DNA of 64,000 nucleotides from an uncultured Alphaproteobacteria bacterium (GCA_902522865.1 CABYXC010000003.1:33672-97671), one strand, 5' to 3'. Counted from the first letter of the stretch, positions 1 through 10,574 are shown. The notes: generated by a model from the sequence alone, not told the origin. Numbers and translations are program-made.

Positions 1-519
1 ATGGCTATGATGAATGAAAAGGGAGTTAGCAGTGCATGTGAAGCTGATGTATTAGGAAGTATAAGTTGTGATATTTTAAATAAGATAAATAACAGACCTT
101 CACTTTTAGTAGATGTTGTTGATTGTGATCCCAAAACTGATACTTTAGTTTTTTGGCACTGTGGATTAGCTCCAATTAGTATGGCAAAAAAAAATACAGC
201 AAGTGCAACTGTACATTCTAATAGAAGGAAAGCATTGCTATATGATTTTGCATTTAGACCTGGAAAAATAACAATATTTAGAGTTTCAAAATCTGAAAAT
301 AAATTAAAATTTATTGTTATTAAAGGTGAAGTTTTAGATAAAAAAAATTCATTTTCAGGTACTTCGGGTGTTGTGAGATTTCAAACAAATACCTATCAAA
401 AATTAGTTAGATTATTCACGTCTGGTATCGAACATCATCTAGCATTCACATATGGAGATGTATATTCAGAAATAAAAAAACTAAGTGCGCAATTAAATAT
501 TCCAATTTACACAATATGA
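1..519 (+). CDS. L-fucose/L-arabinose isomerase family protein, C-terminal fragment (5' end lies outside the window)
   Basis: The 172 aa are much shorter than this family. 'SSACEADVLGS' and 'VFWHCGLAP' resemble the FucI-like C-terminal domain. The stop overlaps the next start (ATGA). Confidence 0.5.
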   Translation: MAMMNEKGVSSACEADVLGSISCDILNKINNRPSLLVDVVDCDPKTDTLVFWHCGLAPISMAKKNTASATVHSNRRKALLYDFAFRPGKITIFRVSKSENKLKFIVIKGEVLDKKNSFSGTSGVVRFQTNTYQKLVRLFTSGIEHHLAFTYGDVYSEIKKLSAQLNIPIYTI

Positions 520-1604
520 AAATGAAAATTAAATATGGAATTGTTGGAAGTGGACTAATGGGTTGTGAACATATTTCAAATATTAATCTTATAGATTCAG
601 CTGAAGTAATTGCCGTCTCAGATAGTAATGAAAATTCAATAAATAAAGCTAAAAATCTTATCTCTAATGATATTAAAATCTATTCAAATGATAATGAAAT
701 TTTTAAAAATAATGAAGTTGATGCTTTTATTATTTCGACTCCCAATTTTACCCATCATGATATTATTAAAGAAGCATTAAAAACAAAAAAACATTTATTA
801 ATTGAAAAACCCTTATGTACAAAATTACAAGATTGTTTTGAAATTAAAAAATTATCAACTTCATATCCATCAGTAATATGGGTGGCTATGGAGTATAGGT
901 ACATGCCACCTGTTCAAAAAATGATCCAAGAAATAAATAGTAATAAAATTGGTAAGCTCAAAATGCTTTCAATTCGTGAACATAGATTTCCATTTCTCAA
1001 AAAAGTAGACGATTGGAATAGATTCCAAATAAACACCGGTGGAACATTAGTAGAAAAATGCTGTCATTTTTTTGATTTAATGCGCCTAATTACAAATAGT
1101 GAAGTTACACAAGTATATGCAAGTGGTGACCAAAGTGTAAATCATCTTAATGAAAATTATAATGGAAAAGTTCCTGATATATTGGACAATGCATTTGTAA
1201 TTTTAGATTTTAAAAATGGAATAAGAAGTTCTTTAGAACTTTGTATGTTTGCAGAAAATTCAGAAATGCAAGAAGAGCTATGTGTTGTTGGAGATAAGGG
1301 TAAAATAGAAACAGGTGTGCCAGCTGATGCATCTGGAAAAAACTCTTCAGAGGTTAGAATAGGTTTAAGAAACTCTAAAAATGCAATTAAAGAATTAGTT
1401 AAGGTAGATAAAAAAATTTTATCAGCGGGGCAGCATCATGGATCGACTTATTATCAACATTTAGAATTTATTAAAGCAATTAATAATAATTTAAAACCAC
1501 AAGTTTCTATAAACGATGGTCTTCATGCAGTGGCTATTGGAGAAGCAGCAGAGAAATCAATAAAAGAAAATCGTGTGGTTAAGATGAGTGAATTTAATCT
1601 TTAA
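516..1604 (+). CDS. Gfo/Idh/MocA family NAD(P)-dependent oxidoreductase
   Basis: N-terminal Rossmann motif 'KYGIVGSGLMG', an 'LIEKPL' motif, 362 aa. Confidence 0.8.
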   Translation: MKMKIKYGIVGSGLMGCEHISNINLIDSAEVIAVSDSNENSINKAKNLISNDIKIYSNDNEIFKNNEVDAFIISTPNFTHHDIIKEALKTKKHLLIEKPLCTKLQDCFEIKKLSTSYPSVIWVAMEYRYMPPVQKMIQEINSNKIGKLKMLSIREHRFPFLKKVDDWNRFQINTGGTLVEKCCHFFDLMRLITNSEVTQVYASGDQSVNHLNENYNGKVPDILDNAFVILDFKNGIRSSLELCMFAENSEMQEELCVVGDKGKIETGVPADASGKNSSEVRIGLRNSKNAIKELVKVDKKILSAGQHHGSTYYQHLEFIKAINNNLKPQVSINDGLHAVAIGEAAEKSIKENRVVKMSEFNL

Positions 1605-2529
1605 AATTTTCAAAAAATTTATTTGTTTTATCAATTATAAAATTACTTACTCTAACATTTGATTCAGCAGTTACACCTGCAATATGAGGTGTTAAGATGC
1701 AATTCATATCATTTGTAATATTGTTATAAAATGCTTCATTTACTGGTTCATTTTCAAAAACATCTAATGCGAAACCAGAGATATATTTATTTTTATAAGC
1801 ATCAATTAAGTCTTTCTCATTGATGATGCCACCCCTAGAAGAATTAATTATAATTGGTTGTTTTTTCATTTTAATAAAAGCTTGTCTGTCAAATAGATAC
1901 TTTGTTTCATTATTTAATGGGACATGAATAGAAATTATGTCGGCCAAATTAAGAATTTCATCAAATGAAACTTTCTTAACATTTTCTGCCTCCATTTGTT
2001 TCGAAGTTATAAAAGGATCATATGCAATACAGCTAACATCAAAAACATTTACAAGATTTAAAACTTTTTTTGAAATATCCCCAAAACCTATTAGACCAAG
2101 AGTCTTTCCTTTAAGTTCTTTTGTAACAATTGATGTCCTTGGCCATTTTCCTTGTAGAGTTTGTTCTTTAATAATGTGATTTTTTTTTAATAATGTAAGA
2201 GAAGAATTCACAACATATTCTGCAACAGAGTCAGAATTCATACCTGTTGCTGGCTGAACAATGATATTATTTTTTTTACAGTATTCTGTATCTATATTAT
2301 CAAGACCAACACCTAATCTTCCTATAAACTTTAAATTTGATGCATTTATTAAAATTTTCCTATCTAAACTTGTTTTATTCCTTACGATGATGCCATCAAA
2401 TTTCTGAATTTCTCTCTCTAAAAAATCTTTATTTTGCCAGGCATCTTTTTGATAAATTACATCAAATTTTTTATTTATATTTTGCAATGATTGTGAATCT
2501 ATAAATTCTGTAATTAAAATTTTTGTCAT
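1594..2529 (-). CDS. D-isomer-specific 2-hydroxyacid dehydrogenase (phosphoglycerate-dehydrogenase-like)
   Basis: 'GLIGFGDISK' NAD fold, 'NSSRGGIINE', catalytic-type 'TPHIAG'. Last gene of the long minus-strand operon. Confidence 0.8.
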   Translation of the reverse strand: MTKILITEFIDSQSLQNINKKFDVIYQKDAWQNKDFLEREIQKFDGIIVRNKTSLDRKILINASNLKFIGRLGVGLDNIDTEYCKKNNIIVQPATGMNSDSVAEYVVNSSLTLLKKNHIIKEQTLQGKWPRTSIVTKELKGKTLGLIGFGDISKKVLNLVNVFDVSCIAYDPFITSKQMEAENVKKVSFDEILNLADIISIHVPLNNETKYLFDRQAFIKMKKQPIIINSSRGGIINEKDLIDAYKNKYISGFALDVFENEPVNEAFYNNITNDMNCILTPHIAGVTAESNVRVSNFIIDKTNKFFENFKD

Positions 2530-3434
2530 TTAATTTTTCTAATTTTTAATTTTTTTAAAAACTTTTTTACGTTGTTTAAATTTGGTATTGAATATATGCC
2601 TCCAGCTTTCATGCATTTTAAAGTTGCAGTAGCTGCTGCCAATTGAATACTTTGAGAGTTTGATTTATTTAATGATAGAGCTGTTGCAAAAGCACCATGA
2701 AAAACATCTCCTGCACAATTCGTTTCAACTGTTTTTACTTTTGGAACATTACAATGATATAATGAGTTATTTTCAACCCAATAAACACCGTTTGATCCCA
2801 TAGTAACTGCAACAAATTTATTTGTTTCATTGAATATTTGAAAAAGAGCCTTTTGCATATTGATGTTTTTTTTATAAGTTTTCAAACCTTCTTCAGAAAA
2901 TATAGGGTGCGAAGCTTTGTGGACAATTTCAGAAATTTTATTAGAGTTTTTAAAATTATCTAGATCAGCAACACATTTAATATTTTTTTTATTGGTATTA
3001 ATAGCAATATAAGAGGCCATATCTATCCATCTCATATCTATTGAATAAATATCCTTTTTTTTAAAATTTATTTTGGGTATTTTCTTATAATCAAGTAATT
3101 TTGGATCATTGTATGCTGCTAGTAATCTTTCACCTTTTGTATCCTCAATTACAAAGCTTTGCGAAGACTGACATTTTTTAATAAAAATTGATTTACTAGT
3201 ATTAATAGAAAATTTTTTTAATTCATTTTTTAAAAAGTCTGATGAATCATCATCTCCAATTTTTCCTATGAATTTTGATTCAGAGCCCAAAATTTTTGCA
3301 GTAAATGCAGATACTGCTGCTGAACCACCTAATCTTTTATCAATACCTCTAGATAAAACTTTAATTGGTTTTTTTGGAAATTTATTAATCCTACTTATGT
3401 AATCTGTAAATATTGATCCTGCGCAAATGATCAT
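2526..3434 (-). CDS. PfkB-family carbohydrate kinase (ribokinase/sulfofructose-kinase-like fold)
   Basis: N-terminal 'RLGGSAAVSA', C-terminal 'TNCAGDVFHGAFA' (PfkB signature 2-like). 4-nt overlap with neighbours on both sides. Confidence 0.75.
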   Translation of the reverse strand: MIICAGSIFTDYISRINKFPKKPIKVLSRGIDKRLGGSAAVSAFTAKILGSESKFIGKIGDDDSSDFLKNELKKFSINTSKSIFIKKCQSSQSFVIEDTKGERLLAAYNDPKLLDYKKIPKINFKKKDIYSIDMRWIDMASYIAINTNKKNIKCVADLDNFKNSNKISEIVHKASHPIFSEEGLKTYKKNINMQKALFQIFNETNKFVAVTMGSNGVYWVENNSLYHCNVPKVKTVETNCAGDVFHGAFATALSLNKSNSQSIQLAAATATLKCMKAGGIYSIPNLNNVKKFLKKLKIRKIK

Positions 3435-3444
3435 AAAATATTAA

Positions 3445-4014
3445 TTAAAGGTATTTAACTTTACCAATAAACTTTCTAAACCTATCTCTTATAGTTATAG
3501 GATTGAGTGGAATGGGATCAGTTTTAACATTTCCAGAATTGATCTTTGAAATTATCACATATGAATTATCTTTATCATCAATGGCTTTGTTCAATTCATT
3601 AACTGTTTCCTCGCCAGAACATTCAACCACATTTTTGCAGCCAGCTCCTAATGCAACATCCTTCAAGCAAGTTTTCTCATCAGTAAATGTTCGTTGATCT
3701 CCTGTTGATCCATAAGAACCATTATCAATTATCAATAAAGTATAGTTTGATGGTGCTCTATTACCTATTGTTGCTAGAGTATTCATATTCATTAAAACTG
3801 ATCCATCACCATCTATACTAATAACGTGTTTATTTTGGGATAGTGCCAAGCCTAAGCCAATAGAAGATGATAAGCCCATACTGCCTAACATATAAAAAAA
3901 ATTTGGTTGATCACTAATTTTATATAATTCTTGAGATGGAAGACCTATATTACAAATAACTAAGTTATCTTTAAGAATATTTTGTACCTTATTTAATAAA
4001 TCAAAACGGTTCAT
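3445..4014 (-). CDS. comE: Sulfopyruvate decarboxylase beta-subunit-like protein (TPP-binding C-terminal module)
   Basis: 189 aa with TPP motif 'IDGDGSVLMNMN...IIDNGSYGSTG'. The split two-gene layout and sizes match ComD/ComE rather than fused phosphonopyruvate decarboxylase. Confidence 0.6.
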   Translation of the reverse strand: MNRFDLLNKVQNILKDNLVICNIGLPSQELYKISDQPNFFYMLGSMGLSSSIGLGLALSQNKHVISIDGDGSVLMNMNTLATIGNRAPSNYTLLIIDNGSYGSTGDQRTFTDEKTCLKDVALGAGCKNVVECSGEETVNELNKAIDDKDNSYVIISKINSGNVKTDPIPLNPITIRDRFRKFIGKVKYL

Positions 4015-4511
4015 TTATCATCTTTCATTAAATTGAAATCACATAAAATAGCTACTGGTGATTCAACAACTTTGCCATGTTTGCTAAATATTGAAATTTT
4101 ATCTAGTTCTTTTTCAGAAGAGCAATGCAACATAGGTATTCTCAACGTTTGTAAAATATCTTCAGTAATCTTCGCCATTCCACCTTGCGCTCCTACTGGC
4201 TCACCAGGTGTGCCCCTGTAACTAATTAAAAAAACAACAGGCATTTGATATAATTGTAATAGAGAAACAATTGCATTCACTGAATTTCCAATCCCTGTAT
4301 TCTGCATCATTATACACGGGAATTTATTTCCTAAATAAGCTCCAGCACAAATACCCATACCTTCTTCCTCTCTTGGTACAGCCGAATAATAAACATCTTT
4401 ATCATTTTCAAGAATATCAATCATGTTGGCTAATAACTTACAAGGAACACTTAAGTAAAAATCTACTCCACCTTTTTTTAAATTATCTATGATTTTTTTA
4501 CTAATTTTCAT
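4011..4511 (-). CDS. comD: Sulfopyruvate decarboxylase alpha-subunit-like protein (TPP pyrimidine-binding module)
   Basis: 166 aa with 'REEEGMGICAGAYLG' and 'MQNTGIGNSVNA'. Overlaps comE-like by 4 nt. Confidence 0.6.
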   Translation of the reverse strand: MKISKKIIDNLKKGGVDFYLSVPCKLLANMIDILENDKDVYYSAVPREEEGMGICAGAYLGNKFPCIMMQNTGIGNSVNAIVSLLQLYQMPVVFLISYRGTPGEPVGAQGGMAKITEDILQTLRIPMLHCSSEKELDKISIFSKHGKVVESPVAILCDFNLMKDDK

Positions 4512-4557
4512 TTATGCGGATGTCTATAGATATAAAATTATAAAACAATAAATTAAT

Positions 4558-5610
4558 TTATTTAAAATCATTTCTTAATTTTATTTTTGTATTTGAATTA
4601 TATGTTTCGCCTACTTTTAATATAGTTGATGGAAAATTTGGTTGATTAATAGCATCTGGAAAAATTTGCGTCTCTAGACACATACCATATTGTAATCCAT
4701 AATTTCGATTATGTTTGCCATGATATGAATCTTTCATCATATTACCAGTATAAAATTGTATTCCAGGTTGATCAGTCGAGTATTCAACTCCCATACCAGT
4801 AATATTACTGTAGATGGAAGCTATAGATTGATCAATAGAATGATCTTTGAGAACATAATTGTGATCAATACCACCGCCATCTAAAAAAGATTTATTTATT
4901 TCAAATGAATTATTAAGATCATATTTTGTATTAACTACATCGAATAGTTTACCAGTAGGAATTGATCCCTCATCAGTTTCGCAAATTTGATTAGATGATA
5001 TTCTTACAACATGGTCAGTAATATTTTTATAATTATCTTTATGGCCATGAAAATTCCAATAGTTATGATTAGTCATATTAACAATAGTATCTTGATCTGT
5101 AGTAGCATTAAAGGAAATTAGAATTTCGTTATTATTATTAAGTTCGTAAATAGTTTTACAATTTAGGTTGCCTGGATAATTTTCTTCTAAATGTTTAGAC
5201 TGGTAAGTGAGCTCTACTTTTATACTTTGGCTTGTTTTTTTAATATCAGCTATTTTCCAAATCTTTTTATTAAAACCTACCTCTCCACCATGAAGATGAT
5301 CAGGTTCAGTATTAGAATGTAAATTATATTCTTTCCCATTAAGAGTAAATTTACTTTGCCCTATTCTATTACAAACTCTTCCAATAATTGAATTGAAATA
5401 TCCATGAGCTTCCAGGCAATCATCTAAATTACCATAACCTAATAAAACATCCTCTGTTTCAGAGACATTCGAAGAAGTTGGAATACAAACTTCACTCATA
5501 TAACCACCATAAGTATAAAAACTAAAACTATAATTGTTTGAGTTAATAATATTAACTATGTCAATATCTAAACCTTTATCATTTTGAAGTTTGGTAATTT
5601 TATATTCCAT
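4558..5610 (-). CDS. Aldose 1-epimerase (mutarotase) family protein
   Basis: 'IGRVCNRIGQSKFTLNGKEYNL' and 'HLHGGEVGFNKKIW' match the GalM-type signature. Confidence 0.8.
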   Translation of the reverse strand: MEYKITKLQNDKGLDIDIVNIINSNNYSFSFYTYGGYMSEVCIPTSSNVSETEDVLLGYGNLDDCLEAHGYFNSIIGRVCNRIGQSKFTLNGKEYNLHSNTEPDHLHGGEVGFNKKIWKIADIKKTSQSIKVELTYQSKHLEENYPGNLNCKTIYELNNNNEILISFNATTDQDTIVNMTNHNYWNFHGHKDNYKNITDHVVRISSNQICETDEGSIPTGKLFDVVNTKYDLNNSFEINKSFLDGGGIDHNYVLKDHSIDQSIASIYSNITGMGVEYSTDQPGIQFYTGNMMKDSYHGKHNRNYGLQYGMCLETQIFPDAINQPNFPSTILKVGETYNSNTKIKLRNDFK

Positions 5611-6509
5611 TATGTTTTCCTTAATCTTTGAAAATTATTTTTTCTTTGTTGAAGATAAATGATTAATCCACCTAAAACTATGAAAAAAGCACCTGGGAAA
5701 AGTTGATCAACTGGCCATTCTGCAAAGAATATCCAACCTAAAATAAGTGCAAAAAATATCTCGATATAATCAAAAGGCATAATTTTACTAAGTTCTGCTT
5801 TTCTAGCACCATATATTAAAAGTAAAGTTCCAGATCCTCCTGCAATCCCCATGACACAAACTACTAAGAAATCATTTATACTTTTGAAATTTTCCCACAT
5901 ACCAAAAAATACCACTAACATACATGCAACTATGATTGTCCCTGTTTGACCATACAAGTTGATAAGTGGTGAAGGAACATGATCCTCAAAACTTAAGGAT
6001 GTTACTCTTGCTAATGAATATCCAAAAGCAGCAAGTATAGGAAGTAATAACATATAATTAAAATCTGATGACCAAGGTTGCATAATTAAAACGATCCCTA
6101 CAAAACCAGAAATTACTGCACTCATTTTGTACCAACCAAATTTTTCACCTAATAAAGGAATAGCAAGAAGGGTGACCATCATTGGCCCAGTGTATTCCAT
6201 GGTAGCGACTAAAGCAAAAGGTAAGTAAGCATAAGAAGTATAGAGACATAATTGAGCCAATGCTACAAATACTCCGCGGAATAATCCTAACTTCCATTGC
6301 GTTATTTTTATTTGTCTACCATTTCGATGCCAATCATGTGAAAAATATAAAGCAATAACACAAGGGATCATTCCAAATAAATTTCTAAAAACAGAAAGTT
6401 GAGCTGCTGGATATTCGTTTCGTAAAAACTTTATCGCAATCCCCATACAATCCAATAAAAACAAACCTGAAAGTGATAATAAAACAGCTAAAAATAAATT
6501 ATTTTTCAT
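5610..6509 (-). CDS. DMT superfamily (EamA-like) transporter
   Basis: About 10 hydrophobic segments in 299 aa. 1-nt overlap with the epimerase gene. Confidence 0.7.
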   Translation of the reverse strand: MKNNLFLAVLLSLSGLFLLDCMGIAIKFLRNEYPAAQLSVFRNLFGMIPCVIALYFSHDWHRNGRQIKITQWKLGLFRGVFVALAQLCLYTSYAYLPFALVATMEYTGPMMVTLLAIPLLGEKFGWYKMSAVISGFVGIVLIMQPWSSDFNYMLLLPILAAFGYSLARVTSLSFEDHVPSPLINLYGQTGTIIVACMLVVFFGMWENFKSINDFLVVCVMGIAGGSGTLLLIYGARKAELSKIMPFDYIEIFFALILGWIFFAEWPVDQLFPGAFFIVLGGLIIYLQQRKNNFQRLRKT

Positions 6510-6519
6510 TAATCATAAT

Positions 6520-7581
6520 CTATTGTTCTAAAATAATTTCTTTTCCTACTTCTTGACTTTTATAAATTCCATCTAAAATTTTCATTACTTGTAGAGAGTG
6601 TTCAGCCGGAATAGCAACTGGTTGATCATTTGCAACAAACTCTGCAAACTCGATACATTCTTTGGCATGAGGTTCAATAGTGTCTTTTAAATTTCCTTCA
6701 ATTTTTTTAGTTATATGAGTTTGAGAAATGATATCATTTTTTATAATCTCACAATTAGGCCAATGCAAACCAGCTTCTCTTCCGTATAACCATACCTGCA
6801 TATCTTCTATTTTATCTTCTGGTAGTTTATGATGAAGCATCCATGATACTTCAAGCATCAAGGTTGCACCATTTTTAAACCTAACAAACGCAGCTGCAAA
6901 ATCTTCAACGTTCATTGCTTCCTTATCGTACTCTCCATTGTAACTGAAAGAATTTGGCTGCTTTGCTAATTCTGTTTTTGACACACCCGTCACAGAAAGT
7001 GGTTCTGGATTGTTCATAAACCAAAGAGTTAAATCTAATACGTGCACCCCTATATCAATACAAGGCCCTCCTCCTGAATTTTCTTTTTTTAAAAAACCAA
7101 GTGAGACTGGTAAAAAATTTCTTCTAAGCATCCAAGAACGTGCATGATATATCGAACCAATTGATATGGATTGATCTTTTATTAATTGAGAATCTTTTCT
7201 GAATCTAAAGTGTTGAGCACACATTAATTTTTTTTTCGTTTGATCTCTTACTTCAATCATTTTTTTTATTTGTGAGGCATTTGGAGCTAAGGGTTTTTCA
7301 CATAAAACATCTTTGCCTGCTTGCATTGCTTTAATTGCTAAATCACAATGATAGTTATTAGGCGCACAAATATCTATTACATCTATATCTGGATCATTAA
7401 TCATGTCTAAGGGATCAAGATATAATTTTTTTATTTGATTTGTATTACCCCAATCTTCGAGAGTTGATTTGTTTATATCAGAGCCTGCTATTAATTCAGC
7501 ATGTTCTGACATGCGCCAACCAGGTACATGTAACTTCGCAATACCCCCGACTCCGATAATGCCAACTTTTATTTTACTCAT
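6520..7581 (-). CDS. Gfo/Idh/MocA family oxidoreductase
   Basis: 'KVGIIGVGGIAK' Rossmann motif, 'LCEKPL' motif, 353 aa. Confidence 0.8.
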   Translation of the reverse strand: MSKIKVGIIGVGGIAKLHVPGWRMSEHAELIAGSDINKSTLEDWGNTNQIKKLYLDPLDMINDPDIDVIDICAPNNYHCDLAIKAMQAGKDVLCEKPLAPNASQIKKMIEVRDQTKKKLMCAQHFRFRKDSQLIKDQSISIGSIYHARSWMLRRNFLPVSLGFLKKENSGGGPCIDIGVHVLDLTLWFMNNPEPLSVTGVSKTELAKQPNSFSYNGEYDKEAMNVEDFAAAFVRFKNGATLMLEVSWMLHHKLPEDKIEDMQVWLYGREAGLHWPNCEIIKNDIISQTHITKKIEGNLKDTIEPHAKECIEFAEFVANDQPVAIPAEHSLQVMKILDGIYKSQEVGKEIILEQ

Positions 7582-7597
7582 ATTTATATTTTTAAAT

Positions 7598-8587
7598 TTA
7601 GATATTTATCCATTTTTTTTCTTTTTCTGATTGGTAAATTGATTTCATTATACTACTTCTCAATGCTGCTTCTGAAGGAGTAACTAGGTTTTTAGTATTG
7701 TTATCAATTAATGAATTGAGAAACAAATCAAATGCATGTGGTAATGTTTCTGGTAAATTTTCTTCTATTCTTTCTATTTTTTTACCTTCCTTATTTTCAT
7801 TTATAATTAATTGCTCATTCGTTGTTCTTGCGTGAGCTTTTGTGCCACTTACAAAAATAGTGTATGGCTGAGCTATATCTATCCATCCCGCAGCAATACT
7901 AGCTATCAACCCACTTTTAAATTTTATTAATGCTTCTCCACTCTCTTCACAGTCTGGATATTGATTATATACTTTTGTAAAGGTTGCACTAACTGACTCA
8001 ACATCAGAAAAAAACCATAAAAGAAGATCTAAAACATGTGTTCCTAAATCACCGAAAGCTCCAACTCCAGCAACTTTGGGATCTGTCATCCATTGATATT
8101 TTTTGAAAATATCCCTCATAATACCATCGTGACAATTAACGAGTCGAATTCTTGAAATTTCGCCAAAATAATTAGTAGTAATTAGTTCTTTAAGTTTTAT
8201 GTAAACAGGATTGCTTCTCATGAAATATCCAGTTTGAAAAATTATATTTGAAGACTCAATAAGATTTGCCATTTCAAAAGAATCTTTTTTTCCTATCCCC
8301 AAAGGTTTTTCTATAAAACAGTGTTTTTTATTCTCGGTAATCTTTTTAACTAATTCATAGTGCAAATTAGTTTCTGAACATACAATAACACCATCTAAAT
8401 TAGGTTCTTTCAATAAATCAAGATAGTTATCATAATTCTTACATTGCAGTTTTTCAGAATCACTTTTTGACCTGTTCTTGTCTTTGTCCCAAACACCAAT
8501 GCAATTAATTTGATTGTTTGAAATTACGTTAGCAATAAAATTTGGCGTATGAATATGTGAGGTTCCAATAAATGCGATATTTTTCAT
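7598..8587 (-). CDS. Gfo/Idh/MocA family oxidoreductase
   Basis: 'IAFIGTSHIH' N-terminus, 'FIEKPL' motif, 329 aa. Confidence 0.75.
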   Translation of the reverse strand: MKNIAFIGTSHIHTPNFIANVISNNQINCIGVWDKDKNRSKSDSEKLQCKNYDNYLDLLKEPNLDGVIVCSETNLHYELVKKITENKKHCFIEKPLGIGKKDSFEMANLIESSNIIFQTGYFMRSNPVYIKLKELITTNYFGEISRIRLVNCHDGIMRDIFKKYQWMTDPKVAGVGAFGDLGTHVLDLLLWFFSDVESVSATFTKVYNQYPDCEESGEALIKFKSGLIASIAAGWIDIAQPYTIFVSGTKAHARTTNEQLIINENKEGKKIERIEENLPETLPHAFDLFLNSLIDNNTKNLVTPSEAALRSSIMKSIYQSEKEKKWINI

Positions 8588-8605
8588 TCCGATTATTAAA
8601 ACTAC

Positions 8606-9592
8606 TTATAGAGCACAACACTGATCGACCCAATGACCTGGTTCAACTTCAGTAAGCCCCATTTTTATTTCTCCACCTTTGCAATCTATTCCGGGATTAG
8701 GACATCTAGTTCTAAACACACAACCTGGAGGTGGATTTAATGCGCTAGGAATTTCTCCTTTTAGCTCTATAGCTTGAGATCTCTTTTCTGGATCAATTGA
8801 TGGAATAGAAGATAATAATGCTTTTGTATAAGAATGTTTAGGGTTCTTAAATAATTGTCTAGAGGGTCCCATTTCAACTATATGACCCAAATACATAACT
8901 GCAACGACATCACATACATGCGCTACTACACTTAAATCATGACTTATGAATAAGTAAGTAAGGTTTAGTTCAGTTTGAAGTTGTTTTAAAAGATTTAATA
9001 TATCTGCTTGTATTGATACATCTAAAGCAGCAACACTTTCATCTGCTACAATAAATTTTGGATTACTTACTAAGGCTCTTGCAATTGATATCCTTTGCCT
9101 TTGTCCTCCAGAAAATGCATGAGGAAACCTTCTAAGATGTTCAATATTTAATCTACATTTAGCTGCTATATCTCTTACTCTTTCATCAGTCTCTTGTCTT
9201 GAATTTGTTATTTTCATAACTTCTAAAGGTTCTGCTATAATATCTCTAACTGTCATTCTTGGGCTTAAAGCAGCATAAGGATCTTGAAAGATTAGTTGGG
9301 CTTTTTTTCTATATTCTTTTAAATCTTGTTTGTTCATATTTGTTAGATCATAATCTCTTTCATTATCATGAAAAATAACATTTCCTGAGCTAATTTTGTT
9401 AGCTCCAAGTATTGCCCTGCCAAGAGTAGTTTTTCCTGAACCAGACTCACCTACTAAACCAAAAAAAGATCCTTTTTGAATTTTGATATTAATATTGTTT
9501 ACAGCATGTATTTTTTGTTTTTTTGAAATAAAATTCTCTTGATAATCAAAATTTACAGAAACATTATTTACTGAAATTAAATTATTATCCAT
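8606..9592 (-). CDS. Dpp/Opp-type ABC transporter ATP-binding protein (DppF/OppF-like)
   Basis: Walker A 'GESGSGKTT', signature 'FSGGQRQR', Walker B 'FIVADES', C-terminal oligopeptide-transporter domain. I moved the start to the internal Met ('MDNNLISV') at 9592. The track ORF start at 9646 would overlap the upstream ATPase by 62 nt. Confidence 0.85.
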   Translation of the reverse strand: MDNNLISVNNVSVNFDYQENFISKKQKIHAVNNINIKIQKGSFFGLVGESGSGKTTLGRAILGANKISSGNVIFHDNERDYDLTNMNKQDLKEYRKKAQLIFQDPYAALSPRMTVRDIIAEPLEVMKITNSRQETDERVRDIAAKCRLNIEHLRRFPHAFSGGQRQRISIARALVSNPKFIVADESVAALDVSIQADILNLLKQLQTELNLTYLFISHDLSVVAHVCDVVAVMYLGHIVEMGPSRQLFKNPKHSYTKALLSSIPSIDPEKRSQAIELKGEIPSALNPPPGCVFRTRCPNPGIDCKGGEIKMGLTEVEPGHWVDQCCAL

Positions 9593-10574
9593 TTTGACCA
9601 CACTTAATTCCACACTGATCAACCCAGTGACCTGGTTCAACTTCAATTAATTTCATTTCAATTTTACCATCTTTACCCTCTGGATTGTGATGAGGGCATC
9701 TAGTTCTAAACACACAGCCTGTAGGTCTATCTAATGGACTTGGAATATTTCCAGGTATTGGGGATAATGGTGCATCTAAGTTATTTATATCAGGCAAGGC
9801 TTGCAATAAACCTTTTGTATAAGGATGTTTGGGATTTTTAAGAATCTCATTTACTGGACCTTTTTCTACTACACTCCCTAAATACATTACTGCTACATGA
9901 TCAGCTACCTGGGCAATAACACCTAGATCATGAGTAATAAATATTACTCCCATTTGATATTCTTTTATAATATCTTTAATTAAGTTAATTACCTGAGCTT
10001 GAATTGTAACGTCTAAGGCAGTTGTTGGCTCATCTGCCAATAAAAGTTTTGGCATAGTTGAAAGCGCCATAGCTATCATCGCTCTTTGACGCATTCCTCC
10101 AGATAATTCAAATGCATATTGATTAAACCGTTTTTCTGCATCTGCAATACCTACTCTTTTAAGCATATTTATAGATATAGATTTTGCTTCATCTTTATTA
10201 ATATTTTTATGTATTAGTAATTGCTCAACCATTTGCGCACCAATTTTTATAGCTGGAGCAAAACTTGCCATAGGCTCTTGAAAAATCATTGATACTTTTC
10301 CACCTCTAATTTTTTTTAAGTCTTGTTTAGAAGTAAATTGAAGAACATTTTCGTTATCTAATATTATTTCTGCATCTTCATTATAAGAGGTGTTACCTGG
10401 GTTTAATTTCATAATTGATTTAGCTGTCACAGATTTACCTGATCCAGATTCACCAACTATACCTAGTACTTCACCTTGATCTACAGAAAGTGAAATGTTT
10501 TCAACTGCTGTAATTCTACCTTCATCAGTATCAAATTTTACATCTAAGTTTTTTACTTCTAATAAATGACTCAT
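9585..10574 (-). CDS. Dpp/Opp-type ABC transporter ATP-binding protein (DppD/OppD-like)
   Basis: Walker A 'GESGSGKS', signature 'LSGGMRQR', Walker B 'LLLADEP'. Confidence 0.85.
   Translation of the reverse strand: MSHLLEVKNLDVKFDTDEGRITAVENISLSVDQGEVLGIVGESGSGKSVTAKSIMKLNPGNTSYNEDAEIILDNENVLQFTSKQDLKKIRGGKVSMIFQEPMASFAPAIKIGAQMVEQLLIHKNINKDEAKSISINMLKRVGIADAEKRFNQYAFELSGGMRQRAMIAMALSTMPKLLLADEPTTALDVTIQAQVINLIKDIIKEYQMGVIFITHDLGVIAQVADHVAVMYLGSVVEKGPVNEILKNPKHPYTKGLLQALPDINNLDAPLSPIPGNIPSPLDRPTGCVFRTRCPHHNPEGKDGKIEMKLIEVEPGHWVDQCGIKCGQNG

Noticed and set aside
3445-4511. Reading the split TPP decarboxylase as phosphonopyruvate decarboxylase (phosphonate biosynthesis)
   Set aside because: No PEP mutase or other phosphonate gene is in the window. 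The two-subunit 166/189-aa layout matches ComD/ComE, and Xsc (which consumes the ComDE product) is present. This reading cannot be fully excluded without phylogeny.
9593-9646. 5' extension of the DppF-like ORF ('MKLNQVTGLISVELSVVK')
   Set aside because: It would overlap the upstream ATPase gene by 62 nt. It is simply the alternate-frame reading of that gene's conserved 3' end. The internal Met at 9592 gives the usual 8-nt overlap.
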